Source: Octopus bimaculoides (Eukaryota). From it: 64,000 bases of DNA. The stretch spans positions 10,363,576 to 10,427,575 of the forward strand of contig NC_068990.1 of the NCBI RefSeq assembly GCF_001194135.2, written 5' to 3'. Of this stretch, positions 1 through 14,388 are shown piece after piece. A program made the position numbers and the translations under genes. The notes beneath the pieces were generated by a model. It made no database searches and was not told the origin of the DNA. It was given only the letters and a program-made list of their open reading frames with translations. Each line of letters starts with the position of its first letter. Position 1 is the first letter of the stretch.

Positions 1-929
1 GAAGTCATCGATAATGATGGGAATGATATACAGAAATAAATTTTCATAAAATCTATAATTAGATCACTCTTTTTCCTCACACACAATCCGAACATTACTT
101 ATAAGATTAACTGATATATATCAATAGTTGTATAGCTGTAAAATTACACGCACATAAACACAATCAAACATACACACGTAAGCACATAAACACACATTAG
201 ATAAATGAAACTCGCAAAGTTAAGAATAATAAAATATAAAAGATTCCGTACACGAACGGCGCGCATAAAGGTAACATAATTGTTTCTAGTCTGCAAGATT
301 CATCAGTTATGATTTACAGAAAACTGGTTGCAATCCTCGATGGAGATAGTTCATAGAGTCGATAGATGATAACTAACAGATCCCGTTTCCTTTTGTGTTT
401 CGGCTTCACGCAAACGCTATTACGTCTCACACACATTTAAAGTGAGAGCTCTTCCAAGTTTTGAAACGCTACTATATTAATTAAGAAACCTTTTGTTAGA
501 CTGACTACTAATGATTCAAGCAAGGTATTCCTTTTCCAGACAGGTTTCTGGAGAAATCTTGACAATCAAAATCCGTCAGTGTACAAGAAAAATGAACAAC
601 TAAGTATCTACAGTTGATATATAAATGTCAAGTAGAGTTTTACATTCAAAGATTTACCGGAATCGTTTGTGGAGACTTGTAGATGGTCCACATAAGAATG
701 GTGAAGTCACGTAATTATCTAAACTGGCAAAGAGAGAAATGAACGAAATACACAGGAGAAGTTAGAGATCGAAGTTCTTGATCTTGGTCAGAGTATATTA
801 ATTTCAAATATGTAATATGTAATTTGTTGACGTAGGCAAATATGTAAGATGATATGGAAAAAGTGAAAGAGTGTCTGTATCAGAAGAGGTAAAATGAAAG
901 ACAGGTACGCTGCCAGGTACACAAATCAA

Positions 930-1113
930 ATACACATACACACACACACACACAGACACAGACACACACACACACACGCACACACACGCACACACATATA
1001 TACATGCTGCGGATGTGATTGAGTAGACGCATATATCTAACTATCTATCTATCTTGCCCCTCTCTCTGTCTGTCTGTTTGTCTCTCTCTCTCTCCCCATG
1101 CACACACACACAC

Positions 1114-1187
<74 letters not shown>
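930..1187. repeat. Compound microsatellite (CA)n/(CT)n/(TA)n/(GT)n
   Basis: Dinucleotide tracts are directly visible and account for the ORFs at 804-1327. Confidence 0.95.
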
Positions 1188-2480
1188 GGACAAACGAAAA
1201 TCTCGAAGATTCCTATGACCATGGGAATTAAAACATAGCCGTATATTCCCTGTGGCCTGATTACTTGGATTTTAAATGTATTTTGAACAATAGTAACAGA
1301 AAAAATTCTGAATATGTAGATTATCATTTTTTCTTCTGAATATTATTATTCCCTATTGAAACCGTACGTGCACATATAGTCATATGCTTATATATAGACT
1401 GCATACATATGCGTGTCTGACTTCATGTACATATGGTTCCATTTGCATTTGTACGTGCATACCTAGATATTTCAATACGTATGCCAATATATATAAGTAT
1501 GTATGTGTGTATGTGCGTGTTTGTGTCCGCTTTTAGGTTTTCATATGCATGTGATTGTATGAACAATATCTATGTGATTATGTATAGATGTATCAAGTTA
1601 GAAGTAAGTTAACACGTGAAAGGTAAAGAAAATGTGTTGCAAGAAAATAAAAAGAAATGTCTCTCCAAAATTTCACAGAACAAAGGAAACATTTGTAGCT
1701 TGCAATTAAAAGTTCTATATTCCCTTAATGATGGTTCCCTCCCACGATATCACATCATTAATTATCCGTTACAAATTAGCAATACTTTCATGTGATTAGT
1801 TATGCAAAATATGACTAATACTTGTTAGTGTGTACTCGTCATGTGACCGTCTGAATATGCTTATAGGAAAGAAGTCCGCATGTCATGGAAAATACCTTTA
1901 TAATATGTCGAAATAATACACCTATGGAAAATTTTATATATGCTATATATTATTCCTATTTATTTTCATAATACTCTGTGTTTAAAAGTAATAGTAAATG
2001 TATATTGTTGTGCTTACGAATTGCTTGAACTTATTTAATGGTATAGGGAGCGTCGTGATATTAAGACATTCATTGTTAGGAAGAATTAATTTTTATGATG
2101 AGATAACTGGAAGAAATAAGTGACAAAAAGATCAGAACTCAGAAAATTGAGTAATAGAGTTCAATGTTCTTCATAGTACTCTTATGCTCCACACAATTTA
2201 TAAATAATAAACTTCCGGAATGAAATATAATCTCTGTTCTCACTATGGACATGGATGTACAACTGGTTCTTTTAATCCCGAAACGGGAACGAAATTTTTT
2301 CATGAGCCAATACTATTTGTTCATTCAGTTTTTAGAACGAGTCGGGAATATAAAACCCAAAATTGATATTGGTTTCATTGGAACTCAAGTTTTTAAATGT
2401 GATAACTAATATCTTGTAAGACATATGCGTATATTCTCCTCATCAACTAAATATTCGATATGATAGCTCATTGTACTATA

Positions 2481-2640
2481 GGAGAAGTGTGCTTGTCGAT
2501 TGCCTCAATGCAAGTGCTTAACTGGTGTTTACTTAAGCAATCCCGAAAAAATGAAAAGTAAATTTGAGATCCCCGGAATTTGTACTCAGAACGTAAAGAC
2601 GGATGAAATGGTGCGAAGCATTTCGTCCGGGTGCCAACAT
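2481..2640 (-). mobile_element. tRNA-derived SINE, family A, diverged copy
   Basis: Reverse complement of the motif string shared by many copies here (cccgaaa..atgaaa..aaa..ggaatttg.actcagaacgtaaagacggatgaaat..agcatttcgtccgg). Confidence 0.8.
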
Positions 2641-5374
2641 ATCATCTTCATACTAATAATGTACAATAGTATTATTGGTATCGTTATAATTATTATGGCT
2701 ACAAGCTATTTTCCTTAAAGTAATATTAATATAAATCTTACATAAATTAATTACGTTTAATTCTATATGTAAGATATATTTGCGACAACGACCAAATCTG
2801 CTTCTGGCATATTTTGTCTGATAGTATACTGCAATGAGATTTATAAAATATATAATGTATTGTTTTAGTTATTTTTTGTTGTTGAAGTTTCACTTTGCCT
2901 TATTATATACCCCGGACGAATGTGTACGTAGAATATTAAGTGAAATTCAACAAATTGTAGGTGGGCGCTGACATTTGCATGTGCGCTTTCCTAAAAAGCT
3001 TCTTGAAATAAACATATCCCATAGAGACTTAGAATCAGCTCGTATTGTCAATACCATTAAGAATAATTTAAATATAATATTCTGTAGCTACACTACAGTT
3101 TGGTTTCTGGAAGTTTAGAAGAAACATCTTTATCATGAGAATAGGGATGGGATTCGGTATGCAAAAATCAACACAAGCCTATGTTTTCTTTTCCTGTCGA
3201 TAGTTGATAATTTAGAAAATTCAGGGTTGTTGGCATCCGACAGGAAGTTATTCAATAATTCACTTCAGAGAAAAGCATTGGAAAGCAGAGCAGTAAAACG
3301 CTGAAGTAAATGTATTACGGAATGTATGCTTAGATCTCTGCGTCACGAACTGCAACTCGATTAGCTACCAAAAATAATGACTCTCTAACTACAAAACTGA
3401 GTTACATTAGACTATTGGCTAAAGATGTAGGATACTGCAACCACTACCGAATAAAATGATTTATTTCATTCACAAATCACTATCGGACAAACTTGCATGC
3501 TTTCAACTAGAATCTACTCTCAGCTGTAGCAAGGAGGTTTCTGCCGCTAACCATATACTAGAAATTTAAAAGAAAACGTTACGCTGAAATTTATTTTAAA
3601 CAATTACAAGTTTTTTTTCAAATTTAGGTGCATTTTCAGCAACAAATTTGCCTACATATATATATATACACTCAACAATAAGAAAATGGAAGAGATCAAG
3701 AGGTGGTATTCATCAACGTTTAGATATTATATCATCCTTTATGTCTATATATTTATAAAAAAAAACATTTTAGCAATATACGTACATGTATAACATGTTA
3801 TGTTTTATGTATATACTATTTGAAAATATAAAAATACCAGTAATTATTAAAATATATAACGTAGACCATAGGAAGTAGAATAGTATCTTACAGCTGATTG
3901 AGCCAAGCGGTTATAGTACCCCATTTTACTTCCCCCCTTCAGAGAATTGAAGTATCTGGTAGATTTGATTAAGGTACTTGTATGTGCGCCTGGGCTTCGT
4001 CAGTGAGTTTAGAATGTTCATAGGGTTAAGTTATAGATNNNNNNNNNNAATAATAACCGGAGTACAGAAAACACACAAGCCACATAGAGAACATTTTCTT
4101 TCAACAGCTACCCCCGTTTTAACACCGGCGTTTCGAAGAGTTGGGCATATTATTTTCATCATTATGAAACATATCGGGAAAAAATGGACAAAAATATTTA
4201 AATTTAGTTTGCAATTTCAGATGTGGCACAAACGCATTAATTTTGTTTCGCTGAGTTAGTCTCATGCCATTCTAATTCTTACAATATCATCACAAACGAC
4301 AGTATTACTAATGCGAACAATTTGCTGCCGCTGTCCCCCCCAAGCACTTTCTCTGCACGAGGCCAATCTGGATTTCACTTCACTAAACCGCTGCAAAATT
4401 CTGCTAATTGCATACGTGAGAAAAAAAAAAGCATCTGGGCTCGTAAAAGAATATGGAAAATTCTCTTGGAATCAACTCATTTGAGAAACTCAGGTTTGTA
4501 AAAATTTAGGTGACACACCCGGGTGTCTTCAGTAATTTAATAGATGCTTGAATTGTCAATTGTGAAGAATAAAGCGTATGTCATTCTATGTCCTCTTTTG
4601 CTATTATTTAGTATTTATGTTACTTTTTAAGAATGCAATAGTTAGGCTACTCTGTTTATATTTTGCATGAGTGTAGTGACCTTAAAGTAGAGATATTATT
4701 ATATTCCCTAGTATTAAACGACAATTGTTACTTAAAGCCAAATCCACATGATGTTTGATCACATTCCGCATCGCAAAATTAGAATGTAACGAGAATTAAT
4801 GGCAAAAGGATGTGCATATCATTTCAAAGAAAGCATGTTAGTTTTAACCAATCAAAGAACTTGCCTATTTTACTTTGTATAATCTCTATGATCAAATCGA
4901 TCTCACAAAAGCTTAGGAATGCTTTATTCATTTTATCACACAAGTTAAAACAGCTTTCTATTCCTTTTATCCGTTTACGTAAATAACTCTTAAATGCAAA
5001 TATCCACTAGGAGTTTTCTATTCTACTAGTCAACAAGAACGTTCCAAGCGCAAGTGAGCACATTTGTTATTAATATAAATTTTCCCCGACTTCTTCAAAA
5101 GGGATATTTGTGTGCTGGGAGGAAAACATTGCTTTAATTGTGTCAATAACCAATTAGTATATGAATTTACTGCGTTGGAACTAAAGAAAAAACGATTTAA
5201 AGCTCTGTTTCTGTCTTCTCTCTCAAAATGAAACAACACATTCACGCACCCACACACGCTCCGCTACTCAGTATGGACTCTAGGGATCCTTAAAAAAAAA
5301 GCAAAAATAAACAAATACAGTGACACTGTGTCCTAACAAAGACAGACAAAGTATATGAATACGAAACAATAATA

Positions 5375-5570
5375 TTGGTTCGAAATTTTGGCACCAGTCT
5401 AGCAATTTCACTGGTGGGGTAAGTTGATTACATCAAACTCAGTACTCTACTGGTTTCCAATTTATCGACCCTGAAAGTACGAAAGGCAAATTCCACGGCA
5501 GAATTTGAACCCTCAATGTACAAACGGATGAAATAGTGCTAAGTATTTTGTCCGAAGAGCTAATACGAAC
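5375..5570 (-). mobile_element. SINE family A copy
   Basis: Shared motifs aatttatcgaccctgaaag, ggcagaatttgaac and acggatgaaatagtgctaagtattttgtcc. Confidence 0.8.
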
Positions 5571-5609
5571 GGATAAAATTGTTTTCAAAGTTCCTGTATA
5601 AAGCTAGCG

Positions 5610-5730
5610 ATTTCAGAAGAGGCGGTAAGACGAATTCATCGACTGTAGTGCTCAACTGGTACTTAATATTTCGGCCACGAATGTATAAAAAGCAAAGTCG
5701 AATCTGGCAAAATTTGAACTCAGAAAGTAA
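5610..5730 (-). mobile_element. SINE family A fragment
   Basis: gtgctcaactggtacttaat...aaagtcgaatctggcaaaatttgaactcagaa matches the central part of the family. Confidence 0.7.
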
Positions 5731-5771
5731 AATACGAATCAATAATATTAAATATAAAACAAACGTGGCAT

Positions 5772-5943
5772 GTTGGCAGAGTCTTTAGGATGCTGGGAAA
5801 ATGCTTATTGGAATTTCGTCCATCTTCCCGGGTCGACTTTGATATTCATCCTTCTTGGTATGCAAATTAAGTACCTGTGGAGCACTGATGTCGATGTATA
5901 TCCTCGAAGCGGCTGGCCTTGTGCCAAGATTTGAAACCAATAT
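5772..5943 (+). mobile_element. SINE family A copy with internal deletion
   Basis: A-box head tggcagagtc..., centre gtcgactttgatattcatcc...aaattaagtacc, tail ggccttgtgccaagatttgaaaccaatat. Confidence 0.75.
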
Positions 5944-7188
5944 AAAACAACGGCAATGATAAGAATATGAAATTTTCACTAACATGTTTCTTCACTCGGC
6001 ATGGCACTTTTCAATTTTTCGAATATAACGCATATGTTCTGTTACTTACCTAGACATATGACTTATTTTCTCTTCACTTAAAATCAGTTATCCTCTACAT
6101 TATATAGTCATAATATTTTGTAAAGTTTCAATTCAAGAAAAATTGTAATACTGTAATTTTAATGGATTTGACAGCAATATAGTAAACGATGTTGCTTGAA
6201 CAAAATAATAATTAACATACACACACTAATGTATTAAGGCCAATAGAAACAGACTAATATATTAGGTTCAACTCAATCCTGGAATCTATTTAGAAGCATA
6301 AAAATATAATTATATCGTTCTTCATAGTAGGTAACTTGTGTTCAGTACTCCAGAATTGGTGTCTACGAGTGACAAGAGGTAATTTGAAAAGGTTATGCCG
6401 TACTAGGATCTCAAAAATAATTAATTCCAATTTTAATTGCTCAACAGCAGTAATTTTGAAACAATTATCTTTTAGTAAATTACAAAGATACACAGCACTT
6501 CTTCAGCTCTGACTAATTATTTTAATTACGTCTTCAAATCTCACAGCATTAACATGTGTCACAATAATATTTCTAAAATATTTCAGGAAGATGCAGTCTT
6601 TAATTTCTAAAATTAACTAATTCTTATGCTTCAGATATTTAGCTTTGAATGATTACTCATACAATTTTATCAATATTTCGACAAGGATATTGATGCATAT
6701 TTTTATCAAAATATGGAGCAGGCGTACGGAAAATGAACCATATTTTCCGTAAGGTTAATATTAGCTATTCTAATCTGTGTTAAGAAATTACGGTTATAAT
6801 TATATTGATTCGTGTATGCCATATGAACATGATAACTTAGCTACTAATACACATTCTTGATTAATAAATTTCAGTCTTATTTATGAAGAACATCGATGTA
6901 TAACTCATGTATAAAAGTATAATAAATACGTCTTTGAGTATGTGTACGTGTGTGCATGTGTGTGTGTAAGTTGTTGTATGCGATTGTAACTATATTCTCT
7001 TTAACTATTTACTTGATTCAGTTATTAGACTGTAGCCAGGTTGCAGCTTCGCCTTGAAGAATTGCAATCGAACGAATTAATGGTGGTATTTATTTTTTCA
7101 ATCCTGATTATTATTCTATTGGATATTGGAGACCTACGAAATTTTACAGCTCGATGAAGAAATCCAACGGGCATATCGTTCAATCCCC

Positions 7189-7189
<1 letters not shown>

Positions 7190-7248
<59 letters not shown>

Positions 7249-7260
7249 GCGAGAGAGAGA

Positions 7261-7297
<37 letters not shown>

Positions 7298-7310
7298 GGG
7301 GGGAGAGAGT
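7190..7310. repeat. (GA)n microsatellite
   Basis: Directly visible. Confidence 0.95.
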
Positions 7311-8660
7311 ATTTCTAGGTGCAAAAGTTTAGATCCGGAAGGCACTTGATACAAGCGAAATGGGCGTTTTATTGCTTTATCGGTTAGTCATAATTATTTC
7401 TGTTTGTACCCAGTAAGTTAATAATTTGAAACAATGTTACATATCTGCATGTATGTCACCATGGGAGCGCATAGACAATTGTGTTAAACTATATTTGGAA
7501 AATATTAGGAAATGTAGCAATAATTGCTTTTATATTTGTTGTTGTTGTTTTTGTTGCTGGTGGTGAATTTGCTATTGTTTCTGTAGCTCTTACTGGTTGT
7601 AGTATTGTTAATAATATTACTGTTATTTTTGTTACAGCTTTTGTTCCTCGTTAGTTTGTTCGTTTCACAGATGTTCATGTAAGAAATTGCATTATATATG
7701 ATGTATTGGTAATCTAAGCTGGTGAATAACGAAATTTCATTTTGTCCAGATTTCTTCGCGTTTGTCACACCTTTACATCGGAGTAGGTATGAATCATTGG
7801 CGCGGTTTGACGTTGAATCATGGTTATTGCTTTGCAAACGGGAGATTTACGTACTTTCCTTTCATTCGCATAAACATGTCCCAAAACATTCAAGAGATAT
7901 GAAAAAAATATTTAAGATTAAGCCTCAATGACGTTGGACTAGATGTCTGCATCTGAATTGCGTCAGAATTGTACTATCATTCATATCTTCACATTGGCAG
8001 GTTTTTTCAAATTAACGATCTGGGACATGTGGATGGATAGAGAATTTATAGATATATAAATCATTTTAGATAGTCGAACGATATTGGTTTGCGATTAGAA
8101 AGTGTTGCAATAATGAACATGTCAAAATTGAACATCGGACTTAGAAAGGCTAACTTCTATATTTGTGGCTGTGAACGAGATTTAAAGGCCACTTTCCTCT
8201 CCATGTTAAACCAGGAAAGGCAACATAATGTCATGCAAAAATACAACAGTAGCAACAGTTAATTTACTAAGAATCGAATTCGCATTATATTATGGGGATC
8301 GTAAATGAGAGAATGCGTATAAAAGAATCTCAATATTCTTCCTTGGCTTAAGAAAAATATGTAAAGGGGACGTCAAGCGGGAAAACTTGACATTTCGTTC
8401 CGGGGAATAACTCGTCTACTTTAAAATGGAGCCCATCTTTACAATGGAGCCGCGAGAAGAAATGTTACACAAGACGCAATGTTACAAAAACCACAGCATT
8501 TTGTCACCTTAACTGGCATCTAATAGGATGTCTATATAATCTACACTAGTATTTCATATACGAAGAATTTATCGATTTAGGGAAGGAGCTCTTATTTAAC
8601 AGTACAAATGGGATTGAATATCTATAGATTAAAGGGAGATATTACGTTAACTTATATAAT

Positions 8661-8954
8661 CATGGTTCTGGGTTCAGTCCCACTGCATGTAATCTTGAAC
8701 AAATGTCTTCAGCTTTAGCCTCGAGCCGCCCAAAACCTTGAGAAGGGATTTCATAGACGGATCCCCACCAGTGCCTGACAACCGCGGTTGGTGTGTTTAC
8801 GTACCTCGTAATTTACTAGTTCCACAAACAGACCGATACAATAAGCACCAGGCTTAAGAAAGAATTACTGGCGTCGATTCATTAACAAAAAATTATTCTA
8901 GACAGTACTCCATCATGGCTGCAGTCTGATGACAGAATCAAGTAAAGGATAAAA
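8661..8954 (+). mobile_element. tRNA-derived SINE, family B (CORE-like centre), internal microsatellite absent
   Basis: ggttcagtcccactgc...cttgaacaaatgtctt...tagcctcgagccg aligns by eye with the 29064 copy; shared 3' part catggctgcagtc..atgac.gaa.caagtaaa. Confidence 0.8.
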
Positions 8955-9574
8955 CGTGTGTGTATGTTTGTTCAATGTGTTCAAATAACACGGAAAAAAA
9001 TAAATAATTACTAGATAGACAAAAAAAAATAAGTGCCCAAGATATTACAGCTTACTTATAAATGTAGAAATTCCAGGGTTAAATGAAAAGTGTTTGTATA
9101 ATATAGATAAATTAAGAAGTGGAGTCAATCGCAGGTGTTACCTAAATCTGTATACTTCCGACATATGTTTTGAAAGAAACATTGATATCATTTAGGAGAG
9201 AATAAAATGATGTAAAACAATGCAATCATAACATCAGGGGAAAAAAAGGAAACAAAACACATCCATAAGCCATTTTAACCGAATGTGATTACCGCGTATA
9301 TAATGAAAGGGAATGCTGGCAAGTTTCTTTTATTAAACTGTTAATAGATCTAACGTGAAAGTTAATTGAAAGAAAGAGAAAAAGGAGAAAGAAAGAAATT
9401 AACAGAAAATTAAGTGTGGAGAAATATAATGAATGCGAATAAAGCTTAAAAGTGTGGAAATAATTATTTGTAGTGGAAATGAAATCTAAGATAATTAAAG
9501 GTCAAATTTTATAGATGGGTAGTAATTACTTAGAGGAACTAAAGGTATGTTTTTGCCACTGTTTACGATATACG

Positions 9575-10354
9575 CGTTATTTAAACGGGTTTACAAGAAT
9601 ATTCTCCGTGAAAATGATGAGAAATTGTTCTTCGTTACAGAGTGGATAAAAAGATTTACTTTTATCATATAGCTCGTCATTGGCCAACCCATGGTCCCAA
9701 ACAACGTTTTCTTTACTGCGATGAAAAATGGCGCATTTTACGTCAATATGAAGTAGCGAAAAGAACTGCTCAGCCTCGACAAACAAGCGACTCCGCGAGC
9801 AAAAAGATCTTCATCTTGAAATGACCATGCTCTGTGTATGGTGGGGCTGGGGAGGCATAATTCATTACGAACTGCTTCAACGCAACCAGACACTCAATGC
9901 AGAGCTGTACGTTCATCAATTCACCGACACAACAAAGCAGTTCAACAAAATAGACCTAATAGGCGAAATGACGTTTTTTTCTGGAGCAGCAATATGAACT
10001 TACATCGCCAATATGACCAAATCTGCAATTCAAGAACTCGAATGGGAAGTGCTGTCTCATCCTGCATACTCTCCAGACTTGGCGCTGGACGATTTTCATC
10101 TCTATGGACCGCTTTCGAACGCTTTGCGCGGTGTATCGTTCACTAATGACGTGGAATTGAGAGCTTGCGGGGAGGAATTCTTTGAGTCAAGACGGGGAGT
10201 TTTCTATCGCCGAGGCATCGAAAAACGTATTGAGCGCTGGGAGGAAGTCGTAAACAACAATGGAGAGTATATCATTGATTAATTGGTTGTATTTTATTTG
10301 TATAAAATAAATTTGAAAAATAAAAACGCTCATGAATTATTCCCCAGCCCAATA
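9575..10354 (+). mobile_element. Decayed mariner transposon, 3' part with right TIR
   Basis: Frames give THGPKQRFLY..DEKW, TMLCVWW, ELEWEVLSHPAYSPDLALDDFHL and RWEEVVNNNGEYIID*. Ends ttattccccagcccaa+TA at 10354. Frameshifts and stops present; no left TIR seen. Confidence 0.9.
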
Positions 10355-11212
10355 CATGTGAGAGAGAGAAAGGGAGAGGGAGTGGGGAAAAGAAAGACGT
10401 ACATTTAAGTCTGCGTCTGCATCAGATAAACTAATTGTAAATCCTACCTTGTCATAAATTATCGTATTTCGATAGTAATTGCAAATATGCATGAACTCAT
10501 TTGTGCGTTATGAACCTCACCACATAAAATGTGCACATCTGTCTGGAAAGTATTATGTCATATTGAATACATTTTCAGATATATGAACTGAATTCATTGA
10601 ATGATTCTGATTAATTACCCATACTTATTTTGATCTGTTATGTTATCTGTCCTTAGTCTGTTTCTATCTTTTTGCATTGCATAAACGTAAGCATTGTTCC
10701 GGTATATTTAGTTACAAATTGATATATCTCGCTATTCAAACTTCTGAATTTGCATTGATAAGAAGGTACAGCGTATCTGATACATCTATATTTATGTAGT
10801 TTGTTGACTTCTTTGCATTTTCATTGTAAAATTTCTAATGTATTAAAGGCATTATTTTTTTTATTTCTTTCCAAACTTTCTATGTCTTCCTTTTATTACG
10901 ATCATCTAAAATATTTTACGGGATTATTTTATTAAACCGAGAAACATATAATAGATCTTATCGCATGGATGTACATTCCTACAGACACACAGACACACAA
11001 ACACATACACCATTCTGTAATACTCTCCTCAAAGCAATAGTAAGATTTAACCAAAGGGAATGCTTTTTTAAATAGAATACTGACTAATAGAAAAGTTGCT
11101 GATACTGTAGCTTGGGACAATATGTGCTTATATATTTATATATTTTTGCGTCTACGTGTGTGCGCGTGTGTGTATGTATGTGTATGTATGTATGTATGTA
11201 TTATGCACGTGT

Positions 11213-11254
<42 letters not shown>

Positions 11255-14014
11255 GCATGTATATATATATATATATATATAATGAGTGTAAAAATGTAGC
11301 TTATAAGATTTTCATTCCTCAAAACGATTATATTGACTTATCTTGCATCTGTGACTTTCAGGTATCTTGTTTTAAAGCAAGATATATGACGAGAGCATCT
11401 CCACCGAAGGATGGAGCAAATCCAGTTATACAGCATCCCACCTGCAAGGGACAAGTGGAAGATCGGTTGAAACGATCGATGTGACGAATAAAGATTCTCG
11501 TAAATTTCATGTTTTGTATCTCTCATTCATTATAGACTCAACGAACAATGTGGCATTCCAGTAGACAATTATATCAAAACTGTGGATAACATAAGGTAGC
11601 TTAAACAGTGAAACAGCTTTAATCGGCCTACTACTAACTGTATACCGAAAATCCAAGTAATTAATTACTTACACACGTGCGTGTGTGTTTGTGCGTGCGT
11701 GCGTGTATTTCTGCATCCATGTATAATATGTATGTATATTCTTAACTTCATTGCGTAGAAATGGTATACACTGAGCAAGTTATTTCTTCTTACATATGAT
11801 ATATCATGAAACAAAAATAACGATATAATTTCCGCATGCGAAAAACATTGAACTTGTTTTGTCTATTCAACTTGGCGCATTCTCAATGAAGTTGTTTTTT
11901 GTTTTTTTTTTATTCTATGTACATGAACATCGATACAGATAAGATCAAAAGATCATTTTTCTATAAAACTACCCATTGAGGAAAGTATATATTCCTTGCA
12001 GTGAAAGGGTACATGATAGTAAATATTGACATCAAACCTATTATATTAATACCGCATTGTATAATCATTGGCAAGATAACTATAACATTTAATTAGGAAA
12101 AATCTAAACCAAAAAACCTGGTGTCAGCGTTTAGAAATTAGAAAGTATAATCTAGAATAATGTAACTAAAATATGTAAAAAGAAATAACAAAGTGCATGA
12201 ACTGAATTTGATAATTCAGAAGGAATGTAGATAAATCTATTGGCAACCAGTAAATTCTAGGTGAGTAGATTGGATTTCAGTACTATTTTTCATATATAAA
12301 AATCAGAAAATAATGTGTAAAATTTAGTTGTATATACCATTAGAAATAATGTTCACTTTACATGTGCGCTATTTCGCGTTAGATATCAACCACCCGTTAA
12401 TCTTTCGCAGGGTAGGGACAAATATTCTGTCGTGGAAATCATGGTTTAATTTGTTCGTAATTCAGGTGCGTCAGGAAGTAAGTTCAACGAAATGTTACTA
12501 TGTTTCTCCGTTTCACTAATACTAATGTAATTGGTAATCTTCTTGCTATTGGAATATTCGGTGTTCATGTTGCAAAGAATGAATGTAATTAATGATCCCG
12601 TTATTCCAGATTAGGGTGTCATATATGTTATATAAACTGGAATTAACATATTTTGAGTACAGGAATCGCAGTATTTCTTAATGTATTTGCATATATCCAC
12701 ACGGTTCTTATTGGGAATTTACTGCTTTAATCATTCCTTTAGTTAGGCTGTAAATGATAGCGTAAATACAAGCATTTTAATAGCGTTTAAACGTAAGATA
12801 AAAAGGGCGAGTCTTCGCAGTTTTAAAATTGTTTAACCTGTTATTAGACGCTATCATTTATACTGTACCTCTTCAAGTTTAAAAACTTTAATGACATCAA
12901 TAATATATTCTCATGTTTTGGTATAGTTTGTGTACAGGTGTATATATTAGTATTATTTCAGTATAGTTAAATATGTGTGTAGATCTAGATCTAGATCTAG
13001 ATAGATAGATAAATAGACAGACAGATAGATAGATAGGTAGATAGATTCGTATTTGTGCCCGTATGTTGTTTCCGATATACGTTATATGAAACCTCGCGTC
13101 GGAAGATATGCCATATCTTGAGTGTATCGCTTTACTAACAAAATCTCACCTACAGCTTCTGTTTCAATTCACCTTATGTTGTTATCGCATGACTAAATAA
13201 AGAATCACATGTCAATCTTGTAACATGAAATTCTAAGATAAACCGCACGAGTAAGATAGTATACCGAATGCATTGTAACGAGTGCCAAGAAAAAACACAA
13301 TTAAGTGTTTATTGAATAAAGAAAAAACATATTTGGACGTTCTGCCGCGCGAGATTGTGGAACAACATAAACAAATTCATAAGTCGAGTAAGTCAATTGT
13401 AAACTTCCAACATGTAAATGATAAAAATGACGTCAGTCTTAACACTTTTGAATTTGAAATATGTAAATTAATTTATACACTGCGCAACACGATATCATAT
13501 GCACACATACAAGAAAAATATGCCCAAATTAGTTTCTGCCTCAAATGTAAAGATACAATAATAAAACAGCAATGAGTTTACATCCTCGCTGCAGTTGCTA
13601 TAGTGACAATGACAATTTATATGCACTTATACGCATGGTTACACATACACACACAGAAGCACGCCCACACATACACATATGTGAGTGGTTGCAAAAAACT
13701 TAAGCGAAACAGGTGTTGGTGAAATAAAAGTAAGGTACATAAGCGATATTAGCTTCTTAAAGAAAATCTGGAACATAAATCTGCTTAATATCTAAGGGTG
13801 TTTTTCTGGTGTTAATGCATTTCAGAAGACAGCAATTAGACTGTATATATACTACGAAGAAAGAAGAATTTAATCATTCATCTTGAATCTGACTCTAGGT
13901 TTTCTAGAGATTGCAAGATAATAACTAAGGATTGGTCAGAAAATGAGGCATAGCAATTACTTGGATAAGATTCTATAATGATATATATGGTTATAAATAT
14001 AACTGAAAGTAACA

Positions 14015-14047
<33 letters not shown>

Positions 14048-14309
14048 NNNNNNNNNNNNNNNNNNNNNNNNNNNNNNNNNNNNNNNNNNNNNNNNNNNNN
14101 NNNNNNNNNNNNNNNNNNNNNNNNNNNNNNNNNNNNNNNNNNNNNNNNNNNNNNNNNNNNNNNNNNNNNNNNNNNNNNNNNNNNNNNNNNNNNNNNNNNN
14201 NNNNNNNNNNNNNNNNNNNNNNNNNNNNNNNNNNNNNNNNNNNNNNNNNNNNNNNNNNNNNNNNNNNNNNNNNNNNNNNNNNNNNNNNNNNNNNNNNNNN
14301 NNNNNNNNN

Positions 14310-14388
<79 letters not shown>

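Noticed and set aside
7505-7660. Asn/Thr-rich 110-aa ORF
   Set aside because: Decayed (TTG/TTA)n trinucleotide repeat.
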